This document shows, one piece after another, positions 1 through 13,834 of a DNA stretch of 64,000 bases. The stretch covers positions 329,406,001 through 329,470,000 of the forward strand of contig OZ024742.1 of the NCBI GenBank assembly GCA_964016885.1, read 5' to 3'. The DNA comes from Eledone cirrhosa. Its lineage: Eukaryota. Below the pieces are notes generated by a model that saw nothing but the letters and a program-made list of their open reading frames with translations, did no database searches and was not told the DNA's origin. Position 1 is the first letter of the stretch, and each line of letters starts with the position of its first letter. Both the position numbers and the translations under genes were made by a program.

Positions 1-1533
1 CATGTTCATCCTCGTCATCATTATCATATTTTTCCTTCCATGTCTTTATTAGTATCATGACAATCCTCGTCATTTATTTCTTAGCAATCATGATCAGTGT
101 TAAGATCATTATCGTTATTTATTCTTTCCGAGTGCTCTTTCATCTTCTATTTTCCTCTTTGCGTGAAATCACTTCTCCTGTGTCTCTTTTATCATCAATA
201 TACTAAATTAAGTTATCTTTTTTTTGTGTAAACTCATCTTAAACAACTACAAGCAAATCAACAATTCTTTACATGAATAGGAATGACAGCAGCAACAACA
301 ATTCTTTAGATAACAACAATGACTGCAATAACAATGTTTTACATAATATCACCAACTGAATTTCTTTACGTAAATAGCAGCAACATTTCTTAACATATAT
401 AACAACATCGGCAGCTCATTACAAAAGTAACAACAACAATAGGAATTGTATACGTAAATAAAAACAACTGCAATAACAAAAAATATAATACATTTCAACT
501 GTAAAAAAACTTGTAATCAAACAAACAAACACGGAAATAAGATATACGAATGTGTGAAGATCGTCAATTAATAATGAAACAAATCCTGTGAAGTGGCCCA
601 AAGTAAAGTGATAATATTTGTTTTGGCAGATCTGAAGATGATAATGACCTTAAAAATAATACGATAATGTCGTTCAGAAATTTACATATATCTATTTACT
701 CTTATATATATAGACAATTCAAAAGTGTCCTTGTTCTGTTATATTTAATCGAGCATTTTCGATCAATTCTAAATATGATATAATAGTGTTAATGGAGACC
801 TGTGACTTAGTGGTTAAGGTGTTCGCCTGACATTCATAAGTTCTGACCTCGAATAATTGTGGTTCCTTCCGCCATTCAGAGAAAAACGAAATTTCTTCAA
901 TAGTACTTAATCTTTGTGAAATGCTGTCCGTGGTATATAGCGGTTATGCAAGGAAAGATGCTGGAACAAATCCCTACCCCTCTAATAAATATTTTATAGA
1001 CTTAATAATAACATTCTCACAAAGAACAAGCTTGCACTCGTTTAACTATTAAGAAAATGAACTTTAATCGAATACAAATTCTAAAATATATCAATCATGT
1101 TCTCGCAAATGGTTCAGCCAGTTGTTGAAGTGCCAATGTAGACGATTTTGTAATTAGCTGTTGTCAAGATCTCTGTTCTCTGTCATGCATAGAAGGGTCC
1201 TAGTGTTACTGCTGGCCTTCCAGTGCTATTTATGAGTGAGGCCCTAGCCGTCAAAAAACACGAAACAACAATAAAAGCAGACCGTTACACAAGTCCATGA
1301 AGAATCAAACAAGCACACACAAAACGTTTATACTATTGTCGTGGGTAAATCAACAACTAATGTCCCTCCTAGTTTAAAGAGTGGGCGTAGAAACAGAGGG
1401 TGAAATATTTTGTAAAATACTGAAAGACTGGGGTGCAAATGACGGGAGAACCTGTTCAGACATTCACAAGGGTTTGACAATACCGACAAGAATTCCCAAA
1501 TGCACCAGTGTAGACCTGCATTAATCGCACATA

Positions 1534-1580
<47 letters not shown>

Positions 1581-1611
1581 AGATCAAGAGATGGTTAAAG
1601 GAGTTCCATAT

Positions 1612-1680
1612 ATTTTATTATGCGCATTTCAAAAACAAACATCATCATGCAATAATATTTGTGTTTTCATCAGATAAAAC
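1612..1680 (-). ncRNA. Minimal type I hammerhead ribozyme (inverted copy)
   Basis: Minus strand reads GTTTTAT-CTGATGA-...-GAAA-TGCGCA-TA-ATAAAAT, with a palindromic TGCGCA at stem III. Confidence 0.8.
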
Positions 1681-1880
1681 AGGAGGACATGATATGAAGG
1701 CTAAAAAACACTTGTGGATAGTGCAGTTTTAAATCAACATATGAAAAGTAGTTTTAGATTGATGTGTGATATTGGGAAAATATCAATCTAAAACTACATC
1801 AATCTAAAACTACTTTTCATATGTTGATTTAAAACTGCACTATCCACAAGTGTTTTTTAGCCTTCATATCATGTCCTGCT

Positions 1881-1949
1881 GTTTTATCTGATGAAAACAC
1901 AAATATTATTGCATGATGATGTTTGTTTTTGAAATGCACATAATAAAAT
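1881..1949 (+). ncRNA. Minimal type I hammerhead ribozyme
   Basis: GTTTTAT-CTGATGA-stem II(aaacacaaatattat..gatgtttgttttt)-GAAA-TGCACA-TA-ATAAAAT; stem I GTTTTAT/ATAAAAT. Confidence 0.75.
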
Positions 1950-2073
1950 ACATGGAACTCATTTAACCATCTTTTGATCTTATATATTATGTATACTCCT
2001 GTCCTACAAACTGTAGAGTGCTTCTTATCCGATATCTGCATTGCTTTATTGTACTACAATAAAACTCACCTCC

Positions 2074-2146
<73 letters not shown>

Positions 2147-2199
2147 GAAGAATTAAAATATATATATATTATAAGAAGAATTAAAATACTAGAGTGTGT

Positions 2200-3798
2200 T
2201 GGAGTTAAACACCCTCTTCGTATTATAGAAATGACAGTGAAGGTATAGCTCAATGTAATTAAACAGAGCCGAAGAATTATGAAAATAAACCAAAGAAGCC
2301 TTCAATACATCAAATGTCTTTTTAGGTGTGACTTTGGACTTGGTCACTAATAGTTTTAAACCCTTCCATAAGCCTAATGAAATACTCTCTTATGTTAGTC
2401 CCAATTCTAACCACCCTAAATCTATATAAGCTCTATAATTAATGGTGTATCTAATAGGATTTCCACACTCTCTAATAAGGACGTAGGAATATTTAATGCA
2501 CATGCAGAGTACTATAATAATGCCCTAGCTAATTCCGGTTACTCTGGTAAAATACATTATAATAATAGTAACCTTAGAAAGTCTCCGCTTACTTATAATA
2601 ATAACAACATAATATCCCATAATATGGCCATGAATGGGAGTAGAAAGCATAAGAATCGTAGAAATCACATAGGTGTATCTGAGTCATCCATAAGTTAAGC
2701 CATCTGACTCGTAATGGGGAATCTAATACTTCTCGGAATCAAGTCGAGCCCTCTGAGCGCCCACTCAGTTGTAATGCTTTTGCTAAATCTAATTCTAATA
2801 GAGTTGTTTCTACTGATCCTATTATTAGCCCTAATCCTTTTGATATGTTTCCAGATAGCAGCAGATATAATAATGGTAGACACAAAAAGAGACTTAATGG
2901 AGTTTCGGCTGATTCTAATAATGTGGTTTTAACTAGTCCTTGTAGTAACCCAAATCTTAATAAGGGGATATTAGATAACTGTAGAGTTGGTAAGGATAAA
3001 AATAGAAGGAGACTAAATACTTATTTTAACCCGCCATATAATCAGGAAGTATTAACTAACATCCCTAGGTCTTTCTGTTCTATCTTAGAGAAAAATTTCG
3101 CTCCTACTAATAAATACCATAGTATTTTTAATAAAAATGTAATTAAACTTTCATTCTCTACCACCCCTAATATTAGTTCTCATTTAGCTAGCACTAACAA
3201 AGCGAAAATTAGGGATGGATACTCCTCTCTACGTACCACTAGTCCGAATAGATCCATACATACCTTACCACCTGAGCAGACCTTATCTCACAGTAAACCT
3301 ATAAGTGATGCATCACTACTTCAGCCGATCAATAGCACCCGGAAGTGTAACTGTAGAGTGAGTGCTAATTGCCCTTTAAACGGTAACTGCCTCTCTAAGA
3401 ACATCGTTTATGCTTGTGTAGTTAAAACAAATTCCTCTAATAGTACATATATAGGCTCTACATCTAACACTTTTAAGACTAGGTTTAATTCTCATATCTC
3501 TAATTTTAAACATGTTAAGTTTAAGAATTCTACTTCTTTAGCACACCATATCTGGGATCTTAAGGGGACTAATATACCATATAGCCTTAATTGGCGAATA
3601 GTAGCACGCTCTAATAACCTTTCAACACATACTAAATTTTGTATTCTCTGTATCCTTGAGACCCACTCTATAATTTTCTCTAGGGAAACCTTACTTAATA
3701 GAAAGTCTGAGATATTCTCTTCTTGCCCCCACGCCATTTCAAATTCTTACTTTTATTATAAACCTAAAGGTTCTAGTAGTGTAAGTTGTATCCATTAG
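2200..3798 (+). mobile_element. 5'-truncated Penelope-like element (Naiad-like): RT thumb remnant plus GIY-YIG endonuclease
   Basis: ~2320-2470 reads FLGVTLDL..FKPFHKPNE.LSYV..NSNHP.SI..RISTLS (frameshifted). The downstream ORF carries the endonuclease. Confidence 0.9.
2845..3798 (+). CDS. PLE linker plus GIY-YIG endonuclease (317 aa remnant of the pol ORF)
   Basis: YFNPPY, KLSFSTTPNI, CNCxxxxxCPLNGNC, IVY...YIGST..FKTRFNSH, TSLAHHIWDLK, CILCILE, LLNRKSE..SCPH. Confidence 0.85.
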   Translation: MFPDSSRYNNGRHKKRLNGVSADSNNVVLTSPCSNPNLNKGILDNCRVGKDKNRRRLNTYFNPPYNQEVLTNIPRSFCSILEKNFAPTNKYHSIFNKNVIKLSFSTTPNISSHLASTNKAKIRDGYSSLRTTSPNRSIHTLPPEQTLSHSKPISDASLLQPINSTRKCNCRVSANCPLNGNCLSKNIVYACVVKTNSSNSTYIGSTSNTFKTRFNSHISNFKHVKFKNSTSLAHHIWDLKGTNIPYSLNWRIVARSNNLSTHTKFCILCILETHSIIFSRETLLNRKSEIFSSCPHAISNSYFYYKPKGSSSVSCIH

Positions 3799-4377
3799 CT
3801 GCAATATTCCCTTATCTTTTTAGTTTAGGTTCTTTTTGTTTACCACCATCATTATCATTATTTTTATTATTATTGATTTTTAACAGCTTTTCATTCTAGT
3901 TTCCATAGTCCTTTGGCTACCATACTATATCTATATTATATGTTCACTATTAACACCTTATGAGTTTATATCTGATTATATATTTTATTTTATATTATTT
4001 TATTTTATTTTATTTGGATTCTTCTTTGGATAATTAACCTCCCCCCCCCCCCCACCACAAACACACACACTTGTCATTCGCCCCTTCAAATATACTATAA
4101 TTATATTCAATTCCATTTTATGCTCCTTTCTATTGTATAATACAGTATATTGATTATGATTTTATGCTCCTTCGTATCCTCCACACATTTCTTTTTTTCT
4201 GTCCCCATTGGCCTACCATAATTCTACTTAAGTCCGTTTATTAGATAACGTTATTCAACTGATAGTAGAATATTTCATTCTTTTCCACATATTTTTATAG
4301 TGATATCTTAAACTTTGGAGTCTTTGATTACTTAAACCATAGCTAATGTTGTATTGACTTATTATGTATTGTAAATA

Positions 4378-4562
4378 GGGCGGTGGATTGGCAGTATCGG
4401 TAGAGGGTCAGACGCCATGCTTTCCAGCATAGTTACGTCCCTTTATGATCTGAGTTCAAATCCCGCCGAGGTTGACTTTGCCTTTCATCCTTACGGGGTC
4501 GATAAAATAAAGTACCAGTAATGCACTGGGTAATTGCTGGCCTTGTGCCAAAAGTAGAAACA
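4378..4562 (+). mobile_element. tRNA-derived SINE (family A) with 17-bp target-site duplication
   Basis: TGGCAGTATCGG A-box-like, GTTCAAATCC B-box, core GACTTTGCCTTTCATCCTTACGGGGTCGATAAAATAAAGTACCAG. ATTATGTATTGTAAATA is duplicated at 4361-4377 and 4563-4579. Confidence 0.9.
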
Positions 4563-5699
4563 ATTATGTATTGTAAATACTTTCAATATTAATTAATTTA
4601 ATAGGGTTTTCTAGTCATTTATCCGGGTTTGTTTCCTAAATTTTTTACTTAACTGCATGTGAGACCTAAGTAAATACTTTTGTTTTTGTTTTTCGATTTC
4701 CGGTGATTTTATTTATATATTTATACTACCGTGCGTAGTTTTCTATCTGGTTCTTATTCACTTATTTACAAATGTCTGTCCCCAACCATGTAATTATGTA
4801 TATTATACTATGTTCAATATTTTATACTGAAATTTTTATATCATTCCACTCTTTGTAAACGTACTACTGATCTTTGTTATTTACCGATTATTAAATGTAC
4901 CATTATGTTATATTAAATTTTGTAAATTCTGTAATATGCTTATATTTTTATAGTTTTTGTAATGTTTGGATAATATTTATTTGCACCAATTGTGGAGAAA
5001 TGTGACCTCCGTCTGTTTACTTGCAATGGTTTTGATATTTTTCTCACATAATTTTTCCAACATAATTTAGTTCTGTACGGTGTTTTTTCTCACCCGGTCT
5101 GTGGCTCTATATGATTTGTTGGGTTGTATGCCATTATATTATGGTATTGTTATTATAGTGTTATTGTGGCATTTATATTGTTTGAGCAAATTGACCGGAG
5201 ATTATCTGTTATATAATTATGTAATTATATAGTTTATTATTATATATTGTGTGTTTGCTTTTGGTCATTTCTTCTTCATTGTATACTGTAAATGGTATGT
5301 GTATTATATTTTTATTTTCATTGTTGTTTTCATTTTTGTTTTCATTTTTGTTCTTGTTGTTCTGATTATTCTTATTTATATTTAAACTCTCAATGGGGGT
5401 TAGTTTGTGCTTGTATTGATGGAGATGTGTATTGATATATATGTATATATGTGTACATATGTATATATATATATATATATATGTATATTGGGCCTTTTGA
5501 TATTATTATTGTTGTTGTCATTATCAATTATATTATTTTATATTATATTATATTATATATAGTACAATAGTTCCCGCTCTGTATCACCACCTTTGTTTAG
5601 CTTTGGTTTTTGCATTTGACTATATTTGTAATACGGTTCAAAATGTTGTTCACTTCCTTGGCAATTTTTACTTGATAATTTTAACTATATATATATATA

Positions 5700-8600
5700 T
5701 AGTTAAATCTTAGACAGGAACAAACACAGAGAGGCAGTATAAATATGAGTTTATTAGGTTCACGCTTGTGAGAGTGTGAGGGGTTGGTGTTTCGGGCATA
5801 ATCCCTTCATCAGGAGAAAAGTGGGTAGGAAGAGAGTTCGGAGGTTGCGTGGGGGAGTGGTGCAAAGACATTTAGAAAAAGTGTGTGAGGGGGGGGATGA
5901 GAAACGGAAGAAAAAACGATTTTCGAGATACAAATGAAAATAAAAATAAACATAAAAATAAACAAGTGGTGGAAAGTTGTGAGGCGTGTAGGGGTGGTGG
6001 CGGGTAGAGTTGGGAGAGGGAGACAGGGGGTCCGAGTGGGGAGGGCTGTAGGTGGTTTTTATGTATGTGTGTAGGTGTACGTGTGTGTGTGTGCGTGTGT
6101 ATGTCAATGTGAGAGTTGGGGAAAGAACGAGGTTCCATGTTCAGGAAAAAGGGGAACCGGTGTGGATGGAGAGGGGTCAGAGGGGTGGGGGAGGGGCGTG
6201 TGGATTCTGGAGTCTGAGTGTGTGTATATGTGGGTGTACGCACGTGTGTGTTTGTGTTTGTACGTGGTGTGGATGTAGGTGGCGTGGTTCGAAAAAATGT
6301 GATGTTTGTTCGTGGTTATGTTCCTAATCAAGTTCCGTGGAGTGTGCGATAGGATGTTGGATATTTCTCATGTTATGGAGTGGATAGCTGGAACGATGAC
6401 CGGTGGTGTGGAATCCATTAGTGCTGGTGGTCAGAGGTGGAGAAATGTGGGGTGCGCGCGCAACAGGAAATGGTCACAGGGTAAAGGCAGGGTGAAAATA
6501 TAGCAGTAGAGGAAGATGACAGGTGAAGAATGGTCTGTGTGTGGTGTGGACTGTGTGTCTGTGTGTGCAAGAAGTGCGGTGGACAGGGTAGAGGATGGGT
6601 AGGTGTGAAAGGTGGAGGGGGGAGGTGGTGATGTAGGGGATGGGGTGTATATTAGTGTAGGTGTTAGTGGGATGTGTGTGTGTAAAGAGGTGTTTGTGGG
6701 GCGGGGAGAGGGAGAGGGAGAGAAAAAGGTGTTGGGGACGGAGCATGGAGTGTAGTGTACTGGTGTGTATGTGGGCGTATTTGAATGCGTGTGTGGTAGA
6801 GGGGGTGTTAGTATTACTGGTGGTGGGGAAATGGTTGAATGCGTGTGTGTTAGTGGGGGTTAGTGGTGGTTGGGTGTATGGAGTGGGTCCTGTACATAGG
6901 TGTGGATTGGTGTTTGGGTGTGGTGGGTGGGTGCACGGATGTCGGGGAAGGGTGGGGATGTTAGTATTGTCAGTTAGGGGAGGACCGGGGGTTGGTGTGG
7001 TGGTGTTAGTATTATTAGTTTTGGGGTGGACACAGGGGTGGCGCGGTTTAATGTATGAGTGTGTTAGTGGTGTTAGTGTGGGATGTGTGGTGGGGAAAGG
7101 AAGGTTAACGGAATATGGGTGGGGAGTTCAGGCCGGGGGTGTGTGGGTCTGTAGGGTGAAGATGTTGTGTTGTTCGACCGTGAGGCGGGTGGCGGGTGTT
7201 CCATGGCATTGGAGTAGGCCACAGACTATGAGGTGGTGGGTGGAATGTCCAGGGGAGCCAAAGTGGCGGGTGATGGTTGAACTCCCGCCGAGACGAATAT
7301 CATGGAGGTGTGCAGTGAAACGCTCCGCCAGACGACGTCCTCTCTGTCCGACGTAGGTTGCGCTGCACTCCGTGCAGCGAAGTCCATATACTAGGTTGGA
7401 GGAGGTGCAGCGTAAAGCGTGCTGGACAGAGAGAGAGAGTGGCCGTTGAGATCTTGGAAGGTGGTGGTGTTGGTGATGTGGGGGCAGGTGTGGCAGCGAG
7501 GCTTGGAGCAGGGAAGGGAACAGGGGTTTGGGCAGAATAGCGTGGATTGGGGGGTAGGGAGCTGCAGACGAGGAGGGTGTGGATATTATGCGCGCGTTTG
7601 AAGGAGGGGAGGGTGGGGAGGGAATATGGGGGCGTGGAGGGGTCGGACTGGAGGCGTCTGAAGAGGTGGAGGATGGTGCGGTGGAGGGGTAGAGTGGTGG
7701 GTGTTAGGTGATGGGAAGGGGAGACGGTGGGTGGGTGTGCGGCGGTGTTTTGTGAGAGTGTAGCGGTGGATAGCACGGGCGTGAGTAAGGGCAGTGTGGA
7801 CGATGGAGGGGGGCGGGGTGTAACCTCTCCGGATGAAATGGCTGACTAAGAGAAGGGTCTGGGACTCAAATTCAGCATCTCGGCTGCAGAGGCGGCGGAT
7901 CCGAGGGAGTTGGGTGTAGGGAATGGAGTGTTTTGTGTGTGTGGGTGGGAGGAGGTGGACTCGAGGTACGAGTGGGAGGAGGGAGATGGGATTGAATAAG
8001 GTTGAGGAGACGAGGGAGCGGTTGGAGGGGTCGATGGCGAAGGAGATGTCTAGGAAGTGGATGTCGGCGCTGGAGATAGAGGTGGTGAAATGGAGGGAGG
8101 GGTGGAAGAAGCAGAACAGGAGAGAAACAGTCAAGCTGTTCTCTGGTGAGGGTCGTGGCTCCGATATAGTGGTCGATGTAACAACCGTACAGTTCGGGCG
8201 TGGGGCCGGTGTACTGGGCAAATATTTGAGACTCAACATGGCCAACGAAAAAGTTGGCATAATTTGGGTCCATTCTTGTGCCCATGGCTACCCCCGTGAT
8301 CTGTTGGTAAAACTCACCCGAGAAGGAGAAGCAGTTGAGAGTGAGGACCAGCTCGGCGAGGCGAAGGAGGGTCGGGTGGAGGGGATGGGGGAGGAGCGAA
8401 GGGCACGTAGGCCGTCGGCATGGGGGATGACAGTATAGAAAGACTTGATATCTAGGGTGAAGAGGAGGGAGTGTGGGCCGGGTCGGAAAGTGAGGGAGTC
8501 GAACAGACGAAGGGCGTGGTTGGTGTCGGAGATGTGAGAGGGGAGGGTGGGGACGAGGGGGGCGAGGATGAAGTCAAGAAAGACGGAGATGAGTTCGGTG

Positions 8601-8710
8601 GCGCAGTTGCAAGCGGAAACGATGGGGCGGCCGTGGTTGTCGGGTCTGTGGACTTTGGGGTGGAAGTAGATAGGTGGAGTGCGGGGGGGGGGGGTGCGGA
8701 CGATGAGGTG
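5700..8710 (-). mobile_element. GC-rich Neptune-like PLE, frameshifted: RT, GIY-YIG, long 3' UTR, terminal hammerhead
   Basis: PKVHRPDNHGRPIVS, LDIKSFYTVIP, AMGTRMDPNYAN, YIDH, HFLDI, SIPYTQ..RIRRLCS, NLVYGLRCTEC..TYVGQ..RRLAERF..H, PGLN (~7125). Both ends abut (TA)n. Confidence 0.9.
5781..5820 (-). ncRNA. Hammerhead core in the PLE 3' terminus
   Basis: Minus strand CTGATGA-A-GGGATTATGCCC-GAAAC; stems I and III are degenerate. Confidence 0.6.
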
Positions 8711-9038
8711 ATATATACATATATATATATATACATATGTATATATAATGCATCTAATTCTAAGCATATATAGTAGGCCTCCAGGACTAAACTCAGAAAA
8801 TAGAATATTAGATTTTACGAATGTCCTTCGAAAAGGCATTAAGCGCATAAAAATGGAAACATTTTTAATGCATAAATACTTGTCTTCGGTAACAGATCTA
8901 ATTATTTTCTACTGATTAGTTTTTTCATCTTGATCAGACAGCAGGAAATCGAATACGTCTTTTTAGCTTTCATTTCACCAATTCCTTTCTAATACTTCAA
9001 CATTTCCACCACAATCAAACGCATAAATGTATACACGC

Positions 9039-9225
<187 letters not shown>

Positions 9226-9671
9226 AACATGAATATGCAAATAAAATGCTACAATCATACTCAAACACACTCATATTTACATCACATACACACAATTATA
9301 CATAATATGCTCACATAAACATATGAGGATAAACATACGAACGCTCTCACATGTTAACGCACACAAATATTTACATATATAAGTATAGCTTCATATATGC
9401 ACATATGAATCTACACACATACACCGATTCCCACATTCACGTAAACGTGTTCATATTAAGATCAATGAATCTGTCAAATTTAATAACTATTTTTAGCAAT
9501 ATTACACATTATCAGATCGTAGTTATAGTTATAGTCAATGGGCGGGTGAGTGATGATGTGGACGAGACATAGATTGTAATGTTATTTTCTGGAGATATTG
9601 GCAAAAATAATGATTTAATTACTTTAAAAACTAACATAATTATATAGAAAATAAATTCAAACAAATTATAT

Positions 9672-9895
9672 TAGCGGGAGGACGTGGGCAACGAACGGTC
9701 GCAGCTAATGCTAGTATAACACGCCCGCAGTGCTACGCTTAGTAGGAAGGTAATGTGAATGTGCGGTTTCTTCCAATGTTAGGGCTGCACTACCTGCAAT
9801 GCTACGCTTAACAGAAGGGCGGGAAGGATGTAGAGTGTCCGCCATTACTAGCACAACACTGCCCGTACTGCTACGTATAGCAACAAACGGGGAGA
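9672..9895. repeat. Three diverged ~70-bp repeats with Helitron-3'-end-like motifs
   Basis: cccgcagtgctacgcttag / cctgcaatgctacgcttaa / cccgtactgctacgtatag. GGGCAACGAACGG...GCTAGT on +, and CGTAGCAGTACGGGCAG...GCTAGT on -. Confidence 0.4.
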
Positions 9896-11575
9896 ACTAA
9901 CTCTGCATCACCATTCTAAATTGCTTCTCTTTGTGAGAGTGTATTTGTGTTTGAACTTTTTAGGCCGTTTAACATTTCTAACTATATAAACCAGCACGTC
10001 TACCACACAACCACTTTTACAGACAGTTCTATTAAAAAATAAAATAAATAAAGTGACATTGTAAATATATATCTTTCCATCCCTTAGACCTCTTCGGTTT
10101 CATACCGAGATTGATTGGTTTTGAAACATTTGTCAGAAACTAATTTTAGACTTCTTGGAATGATTTATTTTGATTTTTTTCCATACACGAGTATAGAAAG
10201 ACTACAACCAATACCAGGTTTGCTTAATTATTCATGAGATGTTAGTTTATATAACTAATGATTCAACTGAAGTTATAGTGTTGCAAAATATAAATATTTT
10301 GGGAATGTTTTATTGTACACAAATACTTTTGAATTCAAATGAGTTTGGTTTTCATGCAGCATTGGGGACGTACGTAACAACAGCTGCTGTGTCCTTTAGT
10401 CCATGGGCCAACATTTTAAATCGCATAGTTTTTGATCTGATATTTTCCAATAAGTGGTATACTCTAAAATGCAAGATTAAATCTAAAATTTAAGATTAAC
10501 GCAAACGCGGAAATCTGACGTATATTCAACTTAGATAATGCACTCAACTCTGATTATTTCATCTTCCATTTACTCGACCTTTAAAAACTGGTTTTCTTAC
10601 TGTATGACATATGTATAATCTGTTGTATATATTGTGAGCATATTTAATATATGACTGTGTATGTTCGTTGCCTGTAGATGGATTGCACTCGTTCACTGCG
10701 ACATCAACTACTGATTCATTTCTCATCTACTGTTACATATTACTGCTTCTTAATGCTTTCATACCCCGCATTCATTCCACACTTTATTCTTTGTAAGTTC
10801 CCATTCATATTCCGCTTTCTATTTTCCTTCCATCCAACTTATTCCACTGCCTGTGGCTGACTGGTTAACATAAAAATAGAGCAATATCCTGTACTAATGA
10901 GTTTTAATCTGTTGTATTTTAACAGAAAACCGTGTTTGAGAATCAATTTCGATTGACATCTAAGACATAATTAAATTCCTATATCATAAACAGATCTCTC
11001 GTTTGATGTAGTGCTTCTTAAACATTATCATGTTTATCCTACGCTTTTCCAAATCTTTAAGCCAATTTCCCTTTAAATATGATACGTAAAACGTTGTCAA
11101 ATTATTGTGAAACACGAATACCTTTATATTAATTTAATGGAAGTCCTGTATATACCACAATATATTACATAACACAAACCTTAAAATAATTTAAGATTAG
11201 GAGTCTCCAATATAATTCAGTGTTTTACATAATATTAACACAATTAATTACGTAACGTTGAAAGTCGTATATTAATTAGAAATTAGCATTTTGATATTAG
11301 TGACAAGGAAACTTCCTTTTACTTAAAAAAAATTTCCCTGCTGAAATAACCAAATATTCCCCTGGAGTTCATACATTTCGCTCCGGATGTAAAATGACCC
11401 CCTTTATTAAGAATTGCTGGGCTAGAAAAATGGCAAGGATATGTCAAGCGCAATGCCTGGAATGTAACACATTGGAAACATAAGTCTCAATTGTATGCAA
11501 CGCGAGATTGCTGCATTCATTTTGTAATTTCTTTCTCTCTTTCTCTCTCTCTCTCTCTCACCATCACCCTCTCTC

Positions 11576-11634
<59 letters not shown>

Positions 11635-11700
11635 TTCTATATAGACTCATGTGCACTCACACACGAACCCAAACACACACATACATATATAATTACATAC

Positions 11701-11772
<72 letters not shown>

Positions 11773-12156
11773 AGATACTATATATAGCTATGTATATATT
11801 ATACTATAAACAACTATAAACAGGGAAGGTCAGTAATTTATTACTACCAGTAAGATAAATATCTCAATGTAAGCAGCACAGTTGTTTTACAGAGCAGTAA
11901 TATTGAATTCACAAGAATCAAATTAATTTGAATTATTGTACAAACATTGTATAATATATTATATGTCGCATCAATTCTACACTGTTACTCAACATCAATA
12001 TATATATATGTATCTGTATGCTTCTTCGGTTGACTGTGAGGTCAACTATTGTGTGCACAAACATTAGAAATGCTCCAATGACACCAGGCCTATGTTTGGA
12101 AGAAACAATTGTCAGCGAATAAATATTTAAACATAACTTTGATTCTTGTGAATTCA

Positions 12157-12631
<475 letters not shown>

Positions 12632-12634
12632 TAT

Positions 12635-12790
12635 AAAACATTAAAGTTTAAGCAAAGAATCGCTGCTTTCACCCTTAACGGGCTCTTCTGAAACTCAGAA
12701 GATCCCGTTATGGGTCATTTTAATAAATATTTGCTCTACGGTTTTTTCTATATATTTATATATATATATTATCCTTATCGAGCCCTCTAC
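12635..12790. mobile_element. Fold-back mini-element family F1
   Basis: aacgggctcttctga-aac-tcagaagatcccgtt hairpin with F1 arm sequence; (TA)n on the left. Confidence 0.7.
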
Positions 12791-12815
12791 GGGTTTTCGT
12801 CTTTACATCTATCAT

Positions 12816-12995
12816 TGGATTGGCAGCCACGGCAGAGGGTCGGACGCCATACTTTGCAGCACAGTTACATCCCCTTACGGACTGAGTTCAAATACCGTCG
12901 AGGTTAACTTTGCCTTTCATCGTTACGGGTCGTTAAAATAAAGTACCAGTAATGTACTGGGTAATTGCTGGCCTTGTGCCAAATGTAGAAACAAT

Positions 12996-12996
<1 letters not shown>
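12816..12996 (+). mobile_element. SINE family A
   Basis: Aligns by eye with 4378-4562. Confidence 0.85.
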
Positions 12997-13062
<66 letters not shown>

Positions 13063-13067
<5 letters not shown>

Positions 13068-13122
13068 CTGATGAAAGCGCACCATAATCTGCTTTGGTGG
13101 CCCTTGAAATATGTATAATGAA
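13063..13122 (+). ncRNA. Minimal hammerhead in a ~105-bp solo insert within (TA)n
   Basis: TTTAT-CTGATGA-aagcgcacca..tggtggccctt-GAAA-TATGTA-TA-ATGAA. The tail aaatatggttttataaatatagtttccatttgtt is shared with 19761-19795. Confidence 0.7.
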
Positions 13123-13163
13123 CCAAATATGGTTTTATAAATATAGTTTCCATTTGTTAATAT

Positions 13164-13213
<50 letters not shown>

Positions 13214-13721
13214 GAGAGAGAGGGTGTCTTCAGTACAGATTCATTCCTGAATATTCTAAACAAATTACATTAGAAAGCTCTGAGCTCTGGTAGAAAACTG
13301 TTGATCAACGTCTCGCCGTTACGACGCACTGAACTGACGAATCTCGCAACAACTTATATTTTTAAGTGGAATTCATAAATACAGAGACATGTCTACGTCC
13401 ACCAATTGGAAACTACGAACGTAATATAGATTAATATAACTAGAACCGAGCACAGTATTATACACTATTATGATATGATTACTAAAAATCTGACAGACAT
13501 ATTAACAATATTAGTCACCCCGTGAACAAACATAATTACACATGCCTCGGGATAAAAAAGAAAAAGTAAAAAGTATCTCAAAACAAGTGATACAACATAC
13601 TCTATATTAATGAAAGCAACACCACGAACAACAGCAACAGTCATAATATGAACTATGTTGAAGAAATTATCAGTATCATAAAATCAATCACAATCTAAAT
13701 TACAGTGGTAATAATTACAAA

Positions 13722-13722
13722 A

Positions 13723-13814
<92 letters not shown>

Positions 13815-13828
13815 AGCTGCTGCTACTG
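13722..13828. repeat. (CTA)n trinucleotide repeat
   Basis: Direct inspection; a second tract lies at ~15321-15432. Confidence 0.95.
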
Positions 13829-13834
13829 CTAATA

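Larger units (their letters stand above)
1573..2076. mobile_element. Fold-back (inverted) PLE pLTR-like mini-element in (TA)n
   Basis: 1573-1765 is the near-exact reverse complement of 1796-1988. The right arm continues to ~2076. (TA)n lies on both sides and each arm has a hammerhead motif. Confidence 0.8.

Noticed and set aside
4378-4460. tRNA genes
   Set aside because: The A/B boxes belong to SINE heads, and no complete cloverleaf is present.
6052-7356. Long + strand ORFs rich in V/G/C/W
   Set aside because: They are antisense readings of the low-complexity 3' UTR and endonuclease of the minus-strand PLE.
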